A DNA stretch of 64,000 nucleotides, taken from the human T2T-CHM13v2.0 reference genome, Homo sapiens. Shown in pieces: positions 49,099 to 64,000 of the stretch. The translations under genes and the position numbers were made by a program. The stretch lies in the NCBI RefSeq assembly GCF_009914755.1, contig NC_060935.1; one strand, 5' to 3'. The notes beneath the pieces are model-generated. The model saw only the letters and a list, made by a program, of their open reading frames with translations, did no database searches and had not been told where the DNA came from. Each line of letters opens with the position of its first letter. Within the stretch, counting starts at the first letter, position 1.

Positions 49099-50247
49099 TC
49101 AATGCCTGATACAGTAACAATAGAACGGCGACAGATGGAGAAGCCCTTCATACAGTATAAACACAGGCACGCCCATAATTAGGTTTTCCTGCAAATGTGC
49201 ACGTTCATATCTAAAGCGAAATCACATCTCTATTCGGCACCATGCCAGGGGCGGAAGGCGCCTGCTCTCTAAGACAATGGTTTTATAGTAACGATTGCAG
49301 CCTCCACCCAGAGAGCTTCAGGGGCCTGAGCTAGGGGCTGTGCTGAGGAGGGGGCTCCGGTCACCTGCGGTGTCTCCCCCACCCCTCCCAACGCCCAATC
49401 TCCTCCAGCTAGGCCTCCCTCTCGGACCCCGGGCCTTGCTTGAACCAAATGGTTCGACCTCTGCCTCTTCCTAAGGCTCATTCCTGAGCTGGGAAGAGAA
49501 AGTGAGGAAATTCCTTGCAGAAAAGGAGAAATCAGTCATCACCTTGTGTGTTGTGTGTGAGGCTCTCCCAGCCCGTGGAGGCGGGACCTTTTATTCCCTC
49601 GATTTGAAAGGCACCAAACGCAGATTCTCTGCATGTCCAAACTTTTTTACAAATGGAAGAAGAATGCATAAGAGCGTAAAGCATAGCTTGCACCCCAATA
49701 CACTTTTGGCTTCTTGGGTTTGGGCCGTCTCGATCTGAGCTTGCACCCTGCTCTTCATTTCCTTCTTTTCCCCAAGCTGGGGGGCACCAGGCTGCAGCCG
49801 TGGTCATCGTCCCAGTGTGAACCCCCGAGGCCTGCACAGCTGCAACCATTTTCTTTGTACTTAAACACAAACGTTTATGTTCGCCAGCGCCCGTGTAAAC
49901 TAGCAGCTCCCTCTTTCCGTCTCCTTGCTTGCGTTCCTTCGACGTGTCACCTCACAGACGCCCCTTCACTGTGTCACCTCACAGACACCCCTTTGCTGTG
50001 TCCATCCCTCCCCAGAAGGTTGGAGCCCTGAGAACAGGTGTACCTGGTTTTGGTCATTGTTCTACCCTCTGGTTCAATGACAGTGCCAGGCACATAGTGC
50101 ACACACAGTAAATATTTGCCAAATACGTGCAGGGCTCCAAGCCATCCTGAGCAGCTCTGGGCAGAGGGGCTGAAAGTCTCACCTTTCCCTCCCGGGTTTC
50201 AGGGAAGAGCCCAGTCTGGGAAGACAGGAAGCCGGCTTGACTCAGCA

Positions 50248-50266
50248 GGGCCGCCAGGGGGCACTG
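50248..50266 (+). promoter_or_regulatory. Strong CTCF-like motif with an adjacent AP-1 site
   Basis: GGGCCGCCAGGGGGCACTG; TGACTCA at 50238-50244. Confidence 0.65.
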
Positions 50267-51557
50267 TGGCAAGACGGCGGGAGAGCCGTGTGCCCAGGGT
50301 TGCAGGTTCTGGAGCCCAGAGGTGGCCCAAGGCGCCAGGTGTCTGGCAAACTCCAACCGCGGATGCAGGCGACAGCCCCAGTCTCCAAAGATTGAGTGGC
50401 TGCCACTGGCTTTAGGATAAAAATGAAGCGGGACCCTTAAAAACACCCAAACATGGTAGAAATACGTGAACTGGACGGGATGCACGTTGCGTTTTGCATT
50501 TTGCTTTATAGCCTGCAGCAGAGCAATGCAGAGGGCTCCAGGCTCAAACAGGCTCCGTCCTGGTGTGTTTGGAACTCGGGGAGCAGAGGAGGGCTGCAGG
50601 GGGAAGAGGGCATCGGGAGAAACTCTTAAAGGGAGGGTCTTCCCGTGCTGTGCACAGCCCTTAGTCCTGTGCCAGCGGTGGGCAGCTTTCATCTCGCATG
50701 GAGCCCCCCCCGGCCCTAGCTCCCCTGCAGTGCCCAGTGCAGCCCTGGCATCCCGCCGGGCTCCCCCACCGGCCCGGGCCACTTCCATCTTCCCACAGGA
50801 GTGGGAGCCTCAGGGAAGGGGCTTCTCGGAACTTCGCCCACTGTCGTCCCTCTCGCTGGACCTGCAGCTTGGGCCCTGCGTGTCTTCTTATCCAGAGCTA
50901 TTTCTTAGTTCCTCAGCCCTCTGCTTGTGGTTAATAATGTTTCTATTTCCTGAAACTTTTCTTTAATGGATTGATTGAGGCCTGTAGCCATCTCATTTTC
51001 CTGGGGAGTTGGTCACGCGTGGGGGAGTCCCAGACACGTGGAAAGTGGCTGTAGTAACTCCTGCCGGTACCTGGGGAAGTGGGGAAGAACTGCCATGCTC
51101 AGAACCGTCCCTGGCCACTCCCGAGCACCCTCAGCCTTCACCTGCCTCTTGACCCTGGCGTCTCTGTCCAGCCAGAGCCCCAGGAGCTGCCTGTGGTTGA
51201 AAGGTTGGGCTACGACTCACCACGTGGCCACACACACCACGGGCACCGCGGGGTCGCAGGAGGAGCGTCAGGAAGACCCTCTGTAGGACTGGGCTGTGGC
51301 TGGGTGGTTGGGGGTCACCCCGGGTTGGAGGCTGTCAGAAAGCTGGAGCCCGCATGACCAGCTGGCAAAAGTCTGACCCCAGGCAAGGCCCAGCTCCTGT
51401 TAGCAGAGAGAAGGGGAGGTTTGGCATTTCATGGCTGGCACCGGGATCTTGATTTGTCCGTGTTTAGATGAAATTATGAAAGGGCCTCGTTCTGTCTCAT
51501 CTCATCCCAGCCTTGAAGTTGTCTGAACTTGTTTTCAGCTGGAATGCAGGCAAACAA

Positions 51558-52321
51558 ACCACTTCCAGCCCAGACCACCTCCACTCCCAGACCACCTCCA
51601 CCCGAGACCACCCCACCCCATACCACCTCCAACACCAGACCACCTCCACTTGAGACCACCTCCAACCTCAGACCATCACACCCCAGACCACCTCCACCCC
51701 AGACCACCTCCACCCCAGACCACCCTACCCCAGACCACCTCCACCCCAGACTACCTTCACCCCAGACAACCTCACCCCCAGGCCACCGCACCCCAGACCA
51801 CTTGCACCCGAGACCACCCCACCTCAGGCCACCTCCACCGCAGATGTCCTCCACCCCTAGATCACCCATCCCCAGACCACCCCCACCCTCAGACCATCCC
51901 ACCCCAGACCACTTCCACCCCAGACCACTCCACCCCAGACCATCTCCACCCCAGACCACCTCCACCCGAGACCACCTCCACCCCATACCATCTCCAACAC
52001 CAGACCACCTCCAACCAAACCACCTCCACCCCAGCCCATCCCACCCCAGACCACTCCACCCCAAACCACCTCCACCCGAGACCACCCCACCCCATACCAT
52101 CTCCAACACCAGACCACCTCCAACCTCAGACCATCCCACCCCAGACCACCTCCAACCAAACCACCTCCACCCCAGCCCATCCCACCCAAGACCACTCCAC
52201 CCCAGACCACCCCACCCCAAACCACCTCCACCCCAGACCACCTCCAACCAAACCACCTCCACCCCAGCCCATCCCACCCCAGACCACCTCCACCCCAGAC
52301 CACCTCCACCCCAGACCACCC
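51558..52321. repeat. C-rich minisatellite with a ~16-bp unit CCCCAGACCACCTCCA and higher-order blocks
   Basis: About 760 bp of variant units; the minus strand is G-rich. Confidence 0.97.
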
Positions 52322-53637
52322 TTACCTGATGGAGGTTTTGGGGCTCTGGAAAGCTGCCTTCAAAGTTCTCTCCAGCCTGGGCCCCCTGGCCCGCCCCCTC
52401 CACTGGCGTTTACCCACTGCTGCCTCTCGCTCCCCACCGGGACCGAGGACCTGGCCTCCGCTCCGCAGCTGGGGAGGGGTCTTCCTTAGGGCACTGGCAG
52501 GAGGCCCGGGGTCTGTCCTGGCTCTTCCCTGGTTGTTCCTCATGGATCAGATAATTCTCTCCTGCTTCTTCCCCGACACGAAGCAATAGGCTCATATCCA
52601 GCAGCTCAGAGGCACGGTGGGGGGTAGGGGGTTGAGGGGTGTCTCGCACCCCTGGGCCCAGGTTTCAGAGAGGCAGAATCTGCCACTGCGGCTGTGCCCA
52701 CGTCCACCCTGACCCCGACCCTGACCCTGGGCATGAACCGGCAGCAACTCGCTCTCAGGAGGGTGGGGACCGCCGGGACGGACCTGTTCCCTCCTTCCCT
52801 CCCTCCCAGGGGAGCTGAGGCAGCACCCTGGACCCCCGAGCTGGGGGTCGGCAGCGCCGTGACCCCATCTGCCCCATTTACCATGGGCTGCAAGATGGGG
52901 CTCCTCCTGGGGTCCTCCACGTGTGTTTCTGGGGCAGCACATCACCGGAGTCCAGGACAGGCTGGGGAGGCACCAGTAGCCCCAGCACCCTTGCTGCAGG
53001 CAGGGCAACCGCTGAGACTCCAGGGGCTGCACCACTGCCCTGTGGCCGGGCCCCTCCCCTCCTTCTCCAGGTCCCTCCAAAAGTGCTGGGGATGGGCACG
53101 GGGGAAGTGACAGGACTCCTGGCTCTCCCTTCAGTGGCTGAGGACCCCCAGTGCCCACAGGTTCAGAGAGGGAGGTCTGGCGGGCGCTGCGGGGCAGCCC
53201 CGACCTGGCACCCAGGAGAGGAGCCCCTTCCGCGTTTCGACGCTCCCACCCACAGCACAGAGAGACCCGCCCCAGCGCTGGACATTGGGGTGGTCAGTGT
53301 GTCCGGCCGCAGGCACAGCTGCACTGGTGGCTGCTCCTCTGTCCTGTTTTCCTGCCCATGTGACCTGGAGCCGCTGTGCCAGGCCTTCCACCACCAGGTT
53401 GGGGAAACAGCAGCAGAAAGAACCCCCGAGATGCCCGACAAGCAGAGGGGACTCCTGAGGATCAGGGAACTGCCAGGGCTGCGAGCTCTCCCAGTTGGGG
53501 GGGATCCTCACCCACAATTCAGCTCCTGTCTCCCGGCACCCCCAACCACCTTCACATTGTCACCAGCAGGGGCCTGATACCCAGGTGGGAGGTTCACCCC
53601 AGAGGCTGCAGTCTCTGGCAAGACGGGGTGGGGTGCA

Positions 53638-54636
53638 TGTGGGCGGCAAGCCGCCCAGGTGCCGAGGCAAGAGACCGAGGGCACGAGCTCTTCCAGTGTA
53701 ATGAAGAAAATATATACAATAAGAATAGTTATACTAGATATAGATCATAGATATGATTATATACGAACATTATTAATCATTAGTTTGTAGCAATTACTCT
53801 TTATTCCAATATTATAATAATCCTCACTGTATAATCATAACCTAGGAAAAACCAGGCCATACAGAGATAGGAGCTGAGGGGACATAGTGAGGGGTGACCA
53901 GAAGACAAGAGTGCGAGCCTTCTGTTATGCCCAGACAGGGCCACCCGAGGGCTCTTTGGTCTAGAGGTAACGCCAGCGCCTGGGAAGACGCCTGTTACCT
54001 AGCGGACTGTGGTCTGGCGGTAACTTCAGTGCCTAGAAAAGGCACCCGTTACTTAGCAGACCGGGAAAGGGAGTCTCCCTTGCCCCGGGGGAGTTTGGAG
54101 AAGACTCTGCTCCTCCACCTCTTGTGGAGGGCCTGACATGAGTCAGGCTCGCCCGCAGTTATCCGGAGGCCTAACCGTCTCCCTGTGATGCTGTGCTTCA
54201 GCGGTCACGCTCCTAGTCCTCCTTCAGGTTCCATCCTGTACACCTGGCTCTGCCTTCTAGATAGCAGTAGCAAATCAGTGAAAGTACTAAAAGTCTCTGA
54301 TATGCAGAAATAATGGCGTAAGCTGTCTCCTCTCTCTCCGCCTCGGCTGCCAGGCAGGGAAGGGCCGCCTGTCCAGCGGATGCGTGACCCACGTGACCTT
54401 ACCTATCATTGCAGACGGCTCACACTCCTTACCCTGCCCGCTTGTCTTGTATCCAATAAATAACAGCACAGCCTGGCATTTGGGGCCACTACCTGTCCCT
54501 GCGTCTTGGTGGTAGTGGTCCCCCGGGCTCAGCTGTCTTTTCTTTTATCTCTTTGTCTTGTGTCTTTATTTCTATGATCTCTCGTCTCCACACATGGGGA
54601 GAAAAACCCACAGACCCTCTAGGGCTGGTCCCTACA
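53638..54636 (+). mobile_element. Solo LTR13-type (HERV-K group) LTR
   Basis: TGTGGGCGGCAAGCC...GGTCCCTACA, 999 bp, perfect 6-bp TSD GGTGCA (53632-53637, 54637-54642), AATAAA at 54455. Confidence 0.92.
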
Positions 54637-56059
54637 GGTGCAAAAGGTGTAGGACTCTCCCCTTCCCCAGAGTCACAGGGAACCCCGGGGCGCTGCTTTG
54701 TTGCATGAGCATTGTCCAGAGGGGTGTGGGGGTAGGAGTGAGACATGACGGAGCCCGGCCCAGCTCGGCGACAGGGTGGTGAGGTCCAGGGTGCCAAGGT
54801 TTTAAGGCACCCACCCTGAAACCGAGGCTCTGGGACCCATTCACCATGATGTGAGTGACCCTCAGGGATAGCAGAGTGTGGGGTGGACCCGGGCGGAATG
54901 AGGCAGGTGCTCCAGGGACCCCCATAGGACACCTGGACACCTGTGTCTCCCCACATGCGCCAGCTTCAGTGCCTGGGAGGGGACACCCCTGGCTGCCACG
55001 GGGAATCCACTAGGAGGCTGTGGTGTAGAGAAAATGATACCCCTCCCTGCTCCATCTCTCTGGCCAGCGCTTCTGCAGAGCAGCAGAGGGGCTGGGGTCT
55101 CTGGGCACGGCCATGCAGAGTGGGCTCCACCAACACCTCCGGCTTCTGCTGGAGGCTTCCTCCCCTTGGCCCGTCGCTCACCCCTTTCCTGAGTGACACA
55201 GCAGGACAGGGGGTGGTGGGCCAGTAGGGAAGGCTGCAGGCAGGAACGCCCACGGAGCAGTCCCCGGGCTCTCTGTTACCTCCACCACCCACCCTGGCCT
55301 AGGGCCTGAGGACTGCTGGGCTTCCTCCTGCCTGGGGGTTTCCGGTGGTCAAGTCCACTGTGCCCAGCCGTCCAGAAAACAGGAGCCACCTGCCCGTGTA
55401 ACACGGTGGGGCTTTTAATCCACAGGAGCCTCAACACCTGTGCTCCTGGGACTTCCTCTTTTAGGGGGAACATGTGGAACCTTGGTCCCTTCAGGAGGGG
55501 CAGTCCCCACCCGCCAGTCGCCCAGGGCATCACCCTCTGAGCCCCTCTCAGTCCCCAGTGTCTGAGGGTGCCAAGGGCCTGCGGTTCCTGTCTCAGGCAG
55601 TTCAGCACTGCTGACTCCTCTGGAAAGAGCTCCCCTGACCGTGGGCTTCCATAACCAGCCGAGGTCTGCATCGTCAGTGCGGGCACCTGGTCCAAACCCG
55701 TTATTCTAAATTTGACAAGAGAACAGGGGCCACTGGCCTGCTTTTCACTGGTGAGCTGTGTTTCCTGGACCCATTATTGATGCTGGGGTCTAATGACATT
55801 TTCTAAACTCTTACAGCTTGTATTAAAATATCGAAACCTGAGTCCCTTGATATTGAGGAAAGTGGTCAGTTAGTCAAGCCATAGAGTTGGACAGTAGATG
55901 CTTGCCCGTCATCACCAAGATTGTTCATTGATTTTGAAGCAATACTTCAGGATTGACAAATGATAGCAGCCTGAAATACTGTGTGCGCCTGTGAGTATAA
56001 TGAACATTCGGTGAGTGTGTCAATGGTAACATCTCCTCCCTACAAAAGATCATAGTTTC

Positions 56060-56363
<304 letters not shown>

Positions 56364-56540
56364 CTAATTTCTTATCACTTTCTAAAAGGTGGGCGATGGA
56401 TTTCAAGATGAGCTGTTCTCAACACTCCTTCTCCTTCTGGAAATCCTTCAGTCAGCCCACCTTGGCCTCTGAGCTGCCTGGCTGCGGAAGGAGGCTGAGA
56501 GATGTCACCAGAGGATGCATTTCAGCACCGTTTGCACTAA

Positions 56541-57064
<524 letters not shown>

Positions 57065-57583
57065 GTTCTTTGCATTTTCTAGGACGCAGAGCAGACCTGT
57101 GTGCTGAGACCTGGCACGGATGGGAGCCCTCTTGGCACAAGAAGATTGACAGCTGTGGTAGAAGGTGCTGTTTCTTGCCAGGAGGGCGTAACATAGAGCC
57201 ATTTCTGATTATCTTTTACCAACTCTCACTCCTAATGAGAACTATTTCTCATACCTAAAAGCAAGTTTTACTGCCTCTATGGTGAAAATAGTCTAGTTTA
57301 ATAATGTTTTCTCTTGGGACAATGATGCTTTGTAAATGGAAATAACACAGATTCTGTACTTTGCCCCATCTTGTTTTTCTTTCTTTCTTTCTTTCTTTTT
57401 AGGCAGTGAGACAGACTTTATTCAGGGGGACTACAGCAATGAGGTTTTGCGGCAGGGAAAGAGGTTGCAGCTTTTGGGTTTGCTTCATGCCTTGGACACA
57501 CAGTAACTTGGAATTCTTGCACTTACAATTTTTTGAATTATGAAAGTAATACATGTTAGTGGCTAAACAAGAAAGGAAGGCAC

Positions 57584-58120
<537 letters not shown>

Positions 58121-59419
58121 TCAGTGGGAGACTAGAGCGTCACTTAAGATGTTTGAATGTAAAAGCATCCTGAATGATCATCTTTTAGCTTGAGATTTTG
58201 GCTACCTTTCAAACAGACATAGTTTGACCTTTGCAGTCCTAGGTAATGCAGGAATGGCAAATGCTCCTGAAGGCGGGGAGGCGGCCCGGCCCGCACTGAG
58301 CTTCTCACCGGCCAGAGGGCGCAGCCACCCGGCCTTCCCGAAGCAGGACAGCGGCCTTTCCAAGACCGCGGAGTCCCCGTGAGGGATGGTGCCTCCGGAG
58401 CCTGGCATCTCGGGCGGATGAGAAGCTGAGCGCGGTCAGATGGCCCGCAGGGTCCCACTGCGGGCCGAGCCCTGGCTGGGGGACAGTTTGGGGGGAAGCA
58501 GCAGCTGCCTCAGTTTACAGTGGCAGCCGGAGGAGGACCTGGGCAGTGGCGAGTGTGGCTGTTTGCATGGCGGGGAGAAAGAGGTGGTCCCTCCTGCCTG
58601 CTGCTGATGCCCACGGCCTCCTGTCCCCAGGAAAGGGGTCTGCGCCCCTCCCCCACCGGAACAGCGACAGAAGAGGCGACCCTCTCAAAGGCCCTTCTGC
58701 TGCTCACCGCGGGGTGAGTGATGGTGTGGAGCAGGATCTGGGTCCAAGGTCTTCTTCCACGTTCAGGGTTCCCGTGGTAACTGAAGAATTATCCATCCAG
58801 AGAGGCAGGGGAGGGCCTGGGACAGGGATATATCTTATTATTGATAAGTACAATTTTAAATTTTAAATTATCAGCAGGACCGTAGGAGATGACATAAAGA
58901 GGAAAAATAACCTGTGTGGCGCTCTCAGCATAAAGCGCCCAGGTTCAGGGATGCGTGTGCGTCCTGCTGTCTGCTCATTCGAAGAGCAAAGGAAGCAGGG
59001 ATGATTTAGGGCCTCCGAGGTGACACGGAATCGGGAGGAATGGCGCCACGAGAAAGACGTCTTTCTCATTTTGTGAGCAGAGAGCCCATCGTTCAGGAAG
59101 AGCATCTGAGCCACAAAGCTAATCACAGATCACCGAGCCAGCGCCGGCTCCTGATTTGTCTGTGTGGCTCCAGGTGGCAGGTGCTCCACGGCACTCAGTA
59201 AAAGGTGCATATGGTGAGGGGTGCAGGCAGTGGCCAAACAAGGGCTTCCCTGGATCCTGGAGTGGCTCCTTCCAGCCACAGCCAAGGCTGCTGGAGGGAA
59301 GACCAGGCCGAGGGCACGTCTTGCGTGCTCTCACTCACAAGCACACACCTGTATTTACCATGTTATGTACACCCACAGAATCATCTTTAAGATCTTGTTA
59401 ATATTAATATATAAATTGA

Positions 59420-59711
59420 AGGTCGGAGGCAGTGGCTCAAGTCTGTAATCCCAGCAGTCTGGGAGGCCAAGGCTGGTGGATCACTTGAGGTCAGGAGTTC
59501 AAGACCAGCCTGGCCAACATGGTGAAACCCTGTCTGTACTAAAAACACAAAAATTAGCCGGGTGCACTGGCACATGCCTGTAATCCCAGCTTCTCAGGAG
59601 GCTGAGGCAGGAGAATCGCTTGAACCTGGGAGTGGAGGTTGCAGTGAGCCAAGATTGCACCACTGCACTCTAGCCTGAGTGACAGAGCGAGACTCCATCT
59701 CAAAAAAAAAT
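59420..59711 (+). mobile_element. AluSx-type SINE followed by AT-rich low-complexity DNA
   Basis: Full dimer. Confidence 0.9.
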
Positions 59712-59989
59712 TAATATATAAATTAATATGAGTAACATATACACATACATTAATAAAAATATACAAAATAATACATATAGTATATAATAATATATGCTAA
59801 GTATAGGAAATATGAATAATATAAATAAAAAGATTATGAATTATGCATTAAATATTAAATAATATTAATATGAATATAAATATTTATTATATCTATCTAT
59901 CTGTATGTACCTATATAGACACAGACAGATATCTATCTCTATAGCTAGATATTTCTATCTCTGTACACACTCATCTATATCCACATGCA

Positions 59990-60385
59990 TGTATATGTAA
60001 AAAGAGAGAGAGAGCAGAGACATAGAGAGATTTATTTCAAAGGATTATCCCGTGCTATTGTAGAGGTTGGCAACTCCAAAACTCACAGGGCAGGCAGGAG
60101 GCTGGTCATTCCCACAGGAACTGCTGTTGCAGTCTACAGCCTGAAGGGAGAATTCCTTCCTTCTTGTGGGAACTCAGTCTTTTCCTTTTAAGACCTTCAC
60201 CTGATTGGGTGAGGCCCACCTGCCTTCCTCTGACTGGATGAGGCCCACCCACATTGTCAGAGGGACATCTGTTTCACTCAAAGCCTACTGATCTAAAATG
60301 ACTTTGATTAAATGACCTTCACAGCAACATTCAGACTGGCGTTTGGCCAAACAGCCTGGCACTGTGGCCCAACCTAGGTGACGTG
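59990..60385 (-). mobile_element. MLT2-type LTR fragment
   Basis: GAGATTTATTT...GATTGGGTGAGGCCCACC...CCTTCACAGCAACAT. Confidence 0.75.
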
Positions 60386-60879
60386 AAGCTCATGACCTCC
60401 CTGTGCCTGCAGGGCGCTGTGGCACTCCATCCCTCTTCTGTGTCAAAGAGCTGTCTGAACTGCTCCAGCAACTCTGACACATGGGGACGTCCTGTCCTGA
60501 AGGGATGGGGGCATGCTAGGACTGGTTTGCGAATCTCTCCATAAATGGCCTTGCTGTCTCCAGCATGAGAGAAGGTTGGAGCGTAAAGAGCAGATTTCTG
60601 CGGTGTCCCTTGTGCTTCCTGAAAGGAGTCCCACACTCAAGCTCACCCCCACGGTGGATGTGCTGGACCAGGACCCTGGGGTGCTCGGGGCCCGAGGGTG
60701 CCAGGATTAGAACCTCCACACCCAGAGGTTCCTGCCTGGGGCCTGCATCACCCGTGGCGTCTCCTGCCTGCCCCGGATTCCTCCTCTTTCTTCCCTTTGC
60801 CGTTTTTTCTGGCTCCTTTAGCTGCAGGTCCACAGCTGGCTTTTCTCCAGCTCTCCTGCATACTGGCTGAGAAGGGCAC

Positions 60880-61960
<1,081 letters not shown>

Positions 61961-62831
61961 TCCCCTCCCAAAGGCCCGGCCTGTTACATTTCATTGCAGG
62001 AATTTCGGATGGGATGCATTCACACCAAAGCGTCACCCTCCTGAGTACCTCTCTGAAGCCACCTTGGAGCCTGGGCTCCCCCAGGCATGGGACAGCACAC
62101 CCCGTCCACTGGAGCCGACCCTGATGAATGCAGGCTCACTGGCTTTGCCACCGCATGCCCCCGGAGGCATCAGACGCTGCTTGTCTCTGCTGCCTTTGAA
62201 AGGTGTGCGTGGAGTCGCAGGCCTGAACTACATGAGATCGAGACGGAAACCCCGCCAGGCACCAACTAACGGATGCCCAGGCTGGAGTGACCCTCCTCCT
62301 CACCCTGGCAGCAGAGACCCACGTTGGCCATCGAGAAAGAACCGACGCCTAGCGAGAAGTGACAGGGAACATTCAGGATCCCCCGCCTGCCCCCGTCTGG
62401 ACCTTGAGATGAGGAAGGACTTTGTCGTTTTTGTCACTTTAACCGAATCTTGGACAATCACCGCCCAAAGCGTGCACTCTGTGGGCTGTTTAAAAAATTA
62501 TATGCGCACAGACTCTAAAGGAAAAACCAGAGACAAACCGCTCATATTCCATGAACCTTCCTTCTGCATAAACCGCCACGTGTCGCTTGGCAAAGCCGTG
62601 GGCCTGGCAGTGGGGTTAGCCTTTCCCACTCAGGAACCGCGCTGGCCACGTTTCTGCCGGCATCAGCGCCCCTGAGCTGCTTTCCAAAGCGCGGCGTCAG
62701 GAACGTCACTCTTCACTGTTGAATTCAACGTGGGCACCTTTAATGGCTCAGTCATTTTTTTAAAAAAAATCAAAATTCCACGCAGGGGCCTTGGTTCCAG
62801 AGCTCCCTTTCCAGGAGGCTGTTGCGCGGGC

Positions 62832-62850
62832 TGGCCACCAGGTGGCACTG
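62832..62850 (+). promoter_or_regulatory. Strong CTCF-like motif in a CpG-rich region
   Basis: TGGCCACCAGGTGGCACTG fits the core CCASYAGRKGGCRS. Confidence 0.7.
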
Positions 62851-64000
62851 TTGCATAGCAAAAGGAACGCGGCTCCGCGCTGGAGAACCGGGCCGGGCTG
62901 CGCGGAAGCCCTGGAGGGCCAGCCGGGTGGAGGGAGCTGCAGGAGGGGGCGGCGTGCTTTCCGGGGGTGCAACTTGGTTTTCCCTGGAGGGATAAAGCTC
63001 TCCTTTGGCAGGTGCCTGGGGGTGCCCTTTAAAGCAGGGAGCCCAGGGAAGACCCAGCTCTCTTCCTGTGAGCTCATCCCTGGCATTCAGGGTGAAGGAC
63101 CTGCAGCCTGGTCTCGGAAACGGCCCTCCAAGGCCTCCTTGTCCCCTGAAGCACACAGGCAGACCGCGGGTCGGGGTGCACCGTGGCTGTCCCTTCCCTC
63201 CAATGCTGGGCGACCCGGGCGGGTGGCCACCGCCTGACCTGGGCCTCCTGGCTGCCAGCCTGCACGCCCTGGGTGCAGAGGCAGGCGAGCCTGGCCTGGT
63301 CTGAACAGTCTTATGAGGATTCTCTGGGCCCGTGTGCTCCCGCCTGCCCCTGAAGGGCGTAGTGGAAGCATCCGAACATGCACTGGGTACCCTCGTGGCC
63401 TGGGACAGCCCTTCCCTGCTGGGCTCCTTGCTTTGTGTTAACCCTGAGGCCTGGGAGCCTGAGTTGGGGAAACGGGGGACTCCAGACAACACCCAGCTTG
63501 GATGCCGGCGTCCACTTCTGCTCAGAGAATCCAGTCAACTCAGGGCTTTGGGCTTTCCCATGACCAAAGAAAAGAAGTCAGTGAATGAGAATCAAATAAA
63601 GGAAATGATTTTCTGCCACCACCGGGGCGCAGACTTGCTGTCCATACCACTGTCCCTGGCTGTAGCACCCATGTGTGCCTGTGTGTCCAGAGGCCCACGG
63701 AGCCCAGATGGGCCTGGGGATGATTTCAGCCTCCAAGGAGGCCGCCCATCTCTTCCGGTGGCCCCTGCTTCTCACCCAGTGTGGGCCAGGCCCACCTGAA
63801 TGCTGAGGGCAAGGACGAGTGGTCGTTACCTAAACGAGCCAGAGATGGCCTCTGGGGACTGGCCCTTGGGTCACTTATTTCTTCCCTGCAGGCTGAGCTC
63901 ATTAGTTCAAGAGCCCACTGGCACCAAACTCAGATTTTTATACATTCAATTGTTTTAAAAATAGCCCCAAACAAGCAGACTTTCAGCCATTTAGAGCCTG

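Noticed and set aside
51474-52489. Long Pro/Thr-rich and Gly/Trp-rich ORFs (266-309 aa)
   Set aside because: They are translations of a minisatellite that is open in several frames, with non-ATG starts and no gene signals.
52590-53580. Overlapping 100-220 aa ORFs in GC-rich DNA (also 13940-15200, 50050-51350, 62060-63800)
   Set aside because: Expected from low stop-codon frequency at high GC; no recognisable domain or consistent exon structure.
60400-60420. Further CTCF-like sites (here and at about 62663-62680)
   Set aside because: Core spacing does not fit the consensus.

Overview
Primate, almost certainly human, genomic DNA from the ultra-high-sulfur keratin-associated protein cluster at 11p15.5. 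It holds four intronless Cys/Gly-rich genes: KRTAP5-2, 5-3 and 5-4 on the minus strand and KRTAP5-5 on the plus strand. Each has a TATA box, a near-identical 5' leader, an ACCATGG start, the C-terminus CCQCKI and a downstream AATAAA. The rest is dense in interspersed repeats (about 35 Alus, L1/L2 fragments, solo LTRs, hAT DNA transposons), micro- and minisatellites and GC-rich regulatory-looking sequence. Gene symbols, reference protein lengths and repeat family names come from my recall of consensus sequences, not from a search. I see no evidence of a new gene family or multi-gene system; nearly all other ORFs in the track are repeat- or GC-derived noise. The most notable observations are: (1) a 312-bp, 1-mismatch copy of one LTR's interior templated into a different LTR 2.3 kb away; (2) coding-VNTR length alleles of the KRTAP5 genes; (3) an antisense splice acceptor plus a 250-codon ATG ORF over KRTAP5-2; (4) three co-oriented CTCF-like motifs; (5) an older inverted duplication of an MLT2/microsatellite block; (6) a tiny twin-primed L1 insertion.
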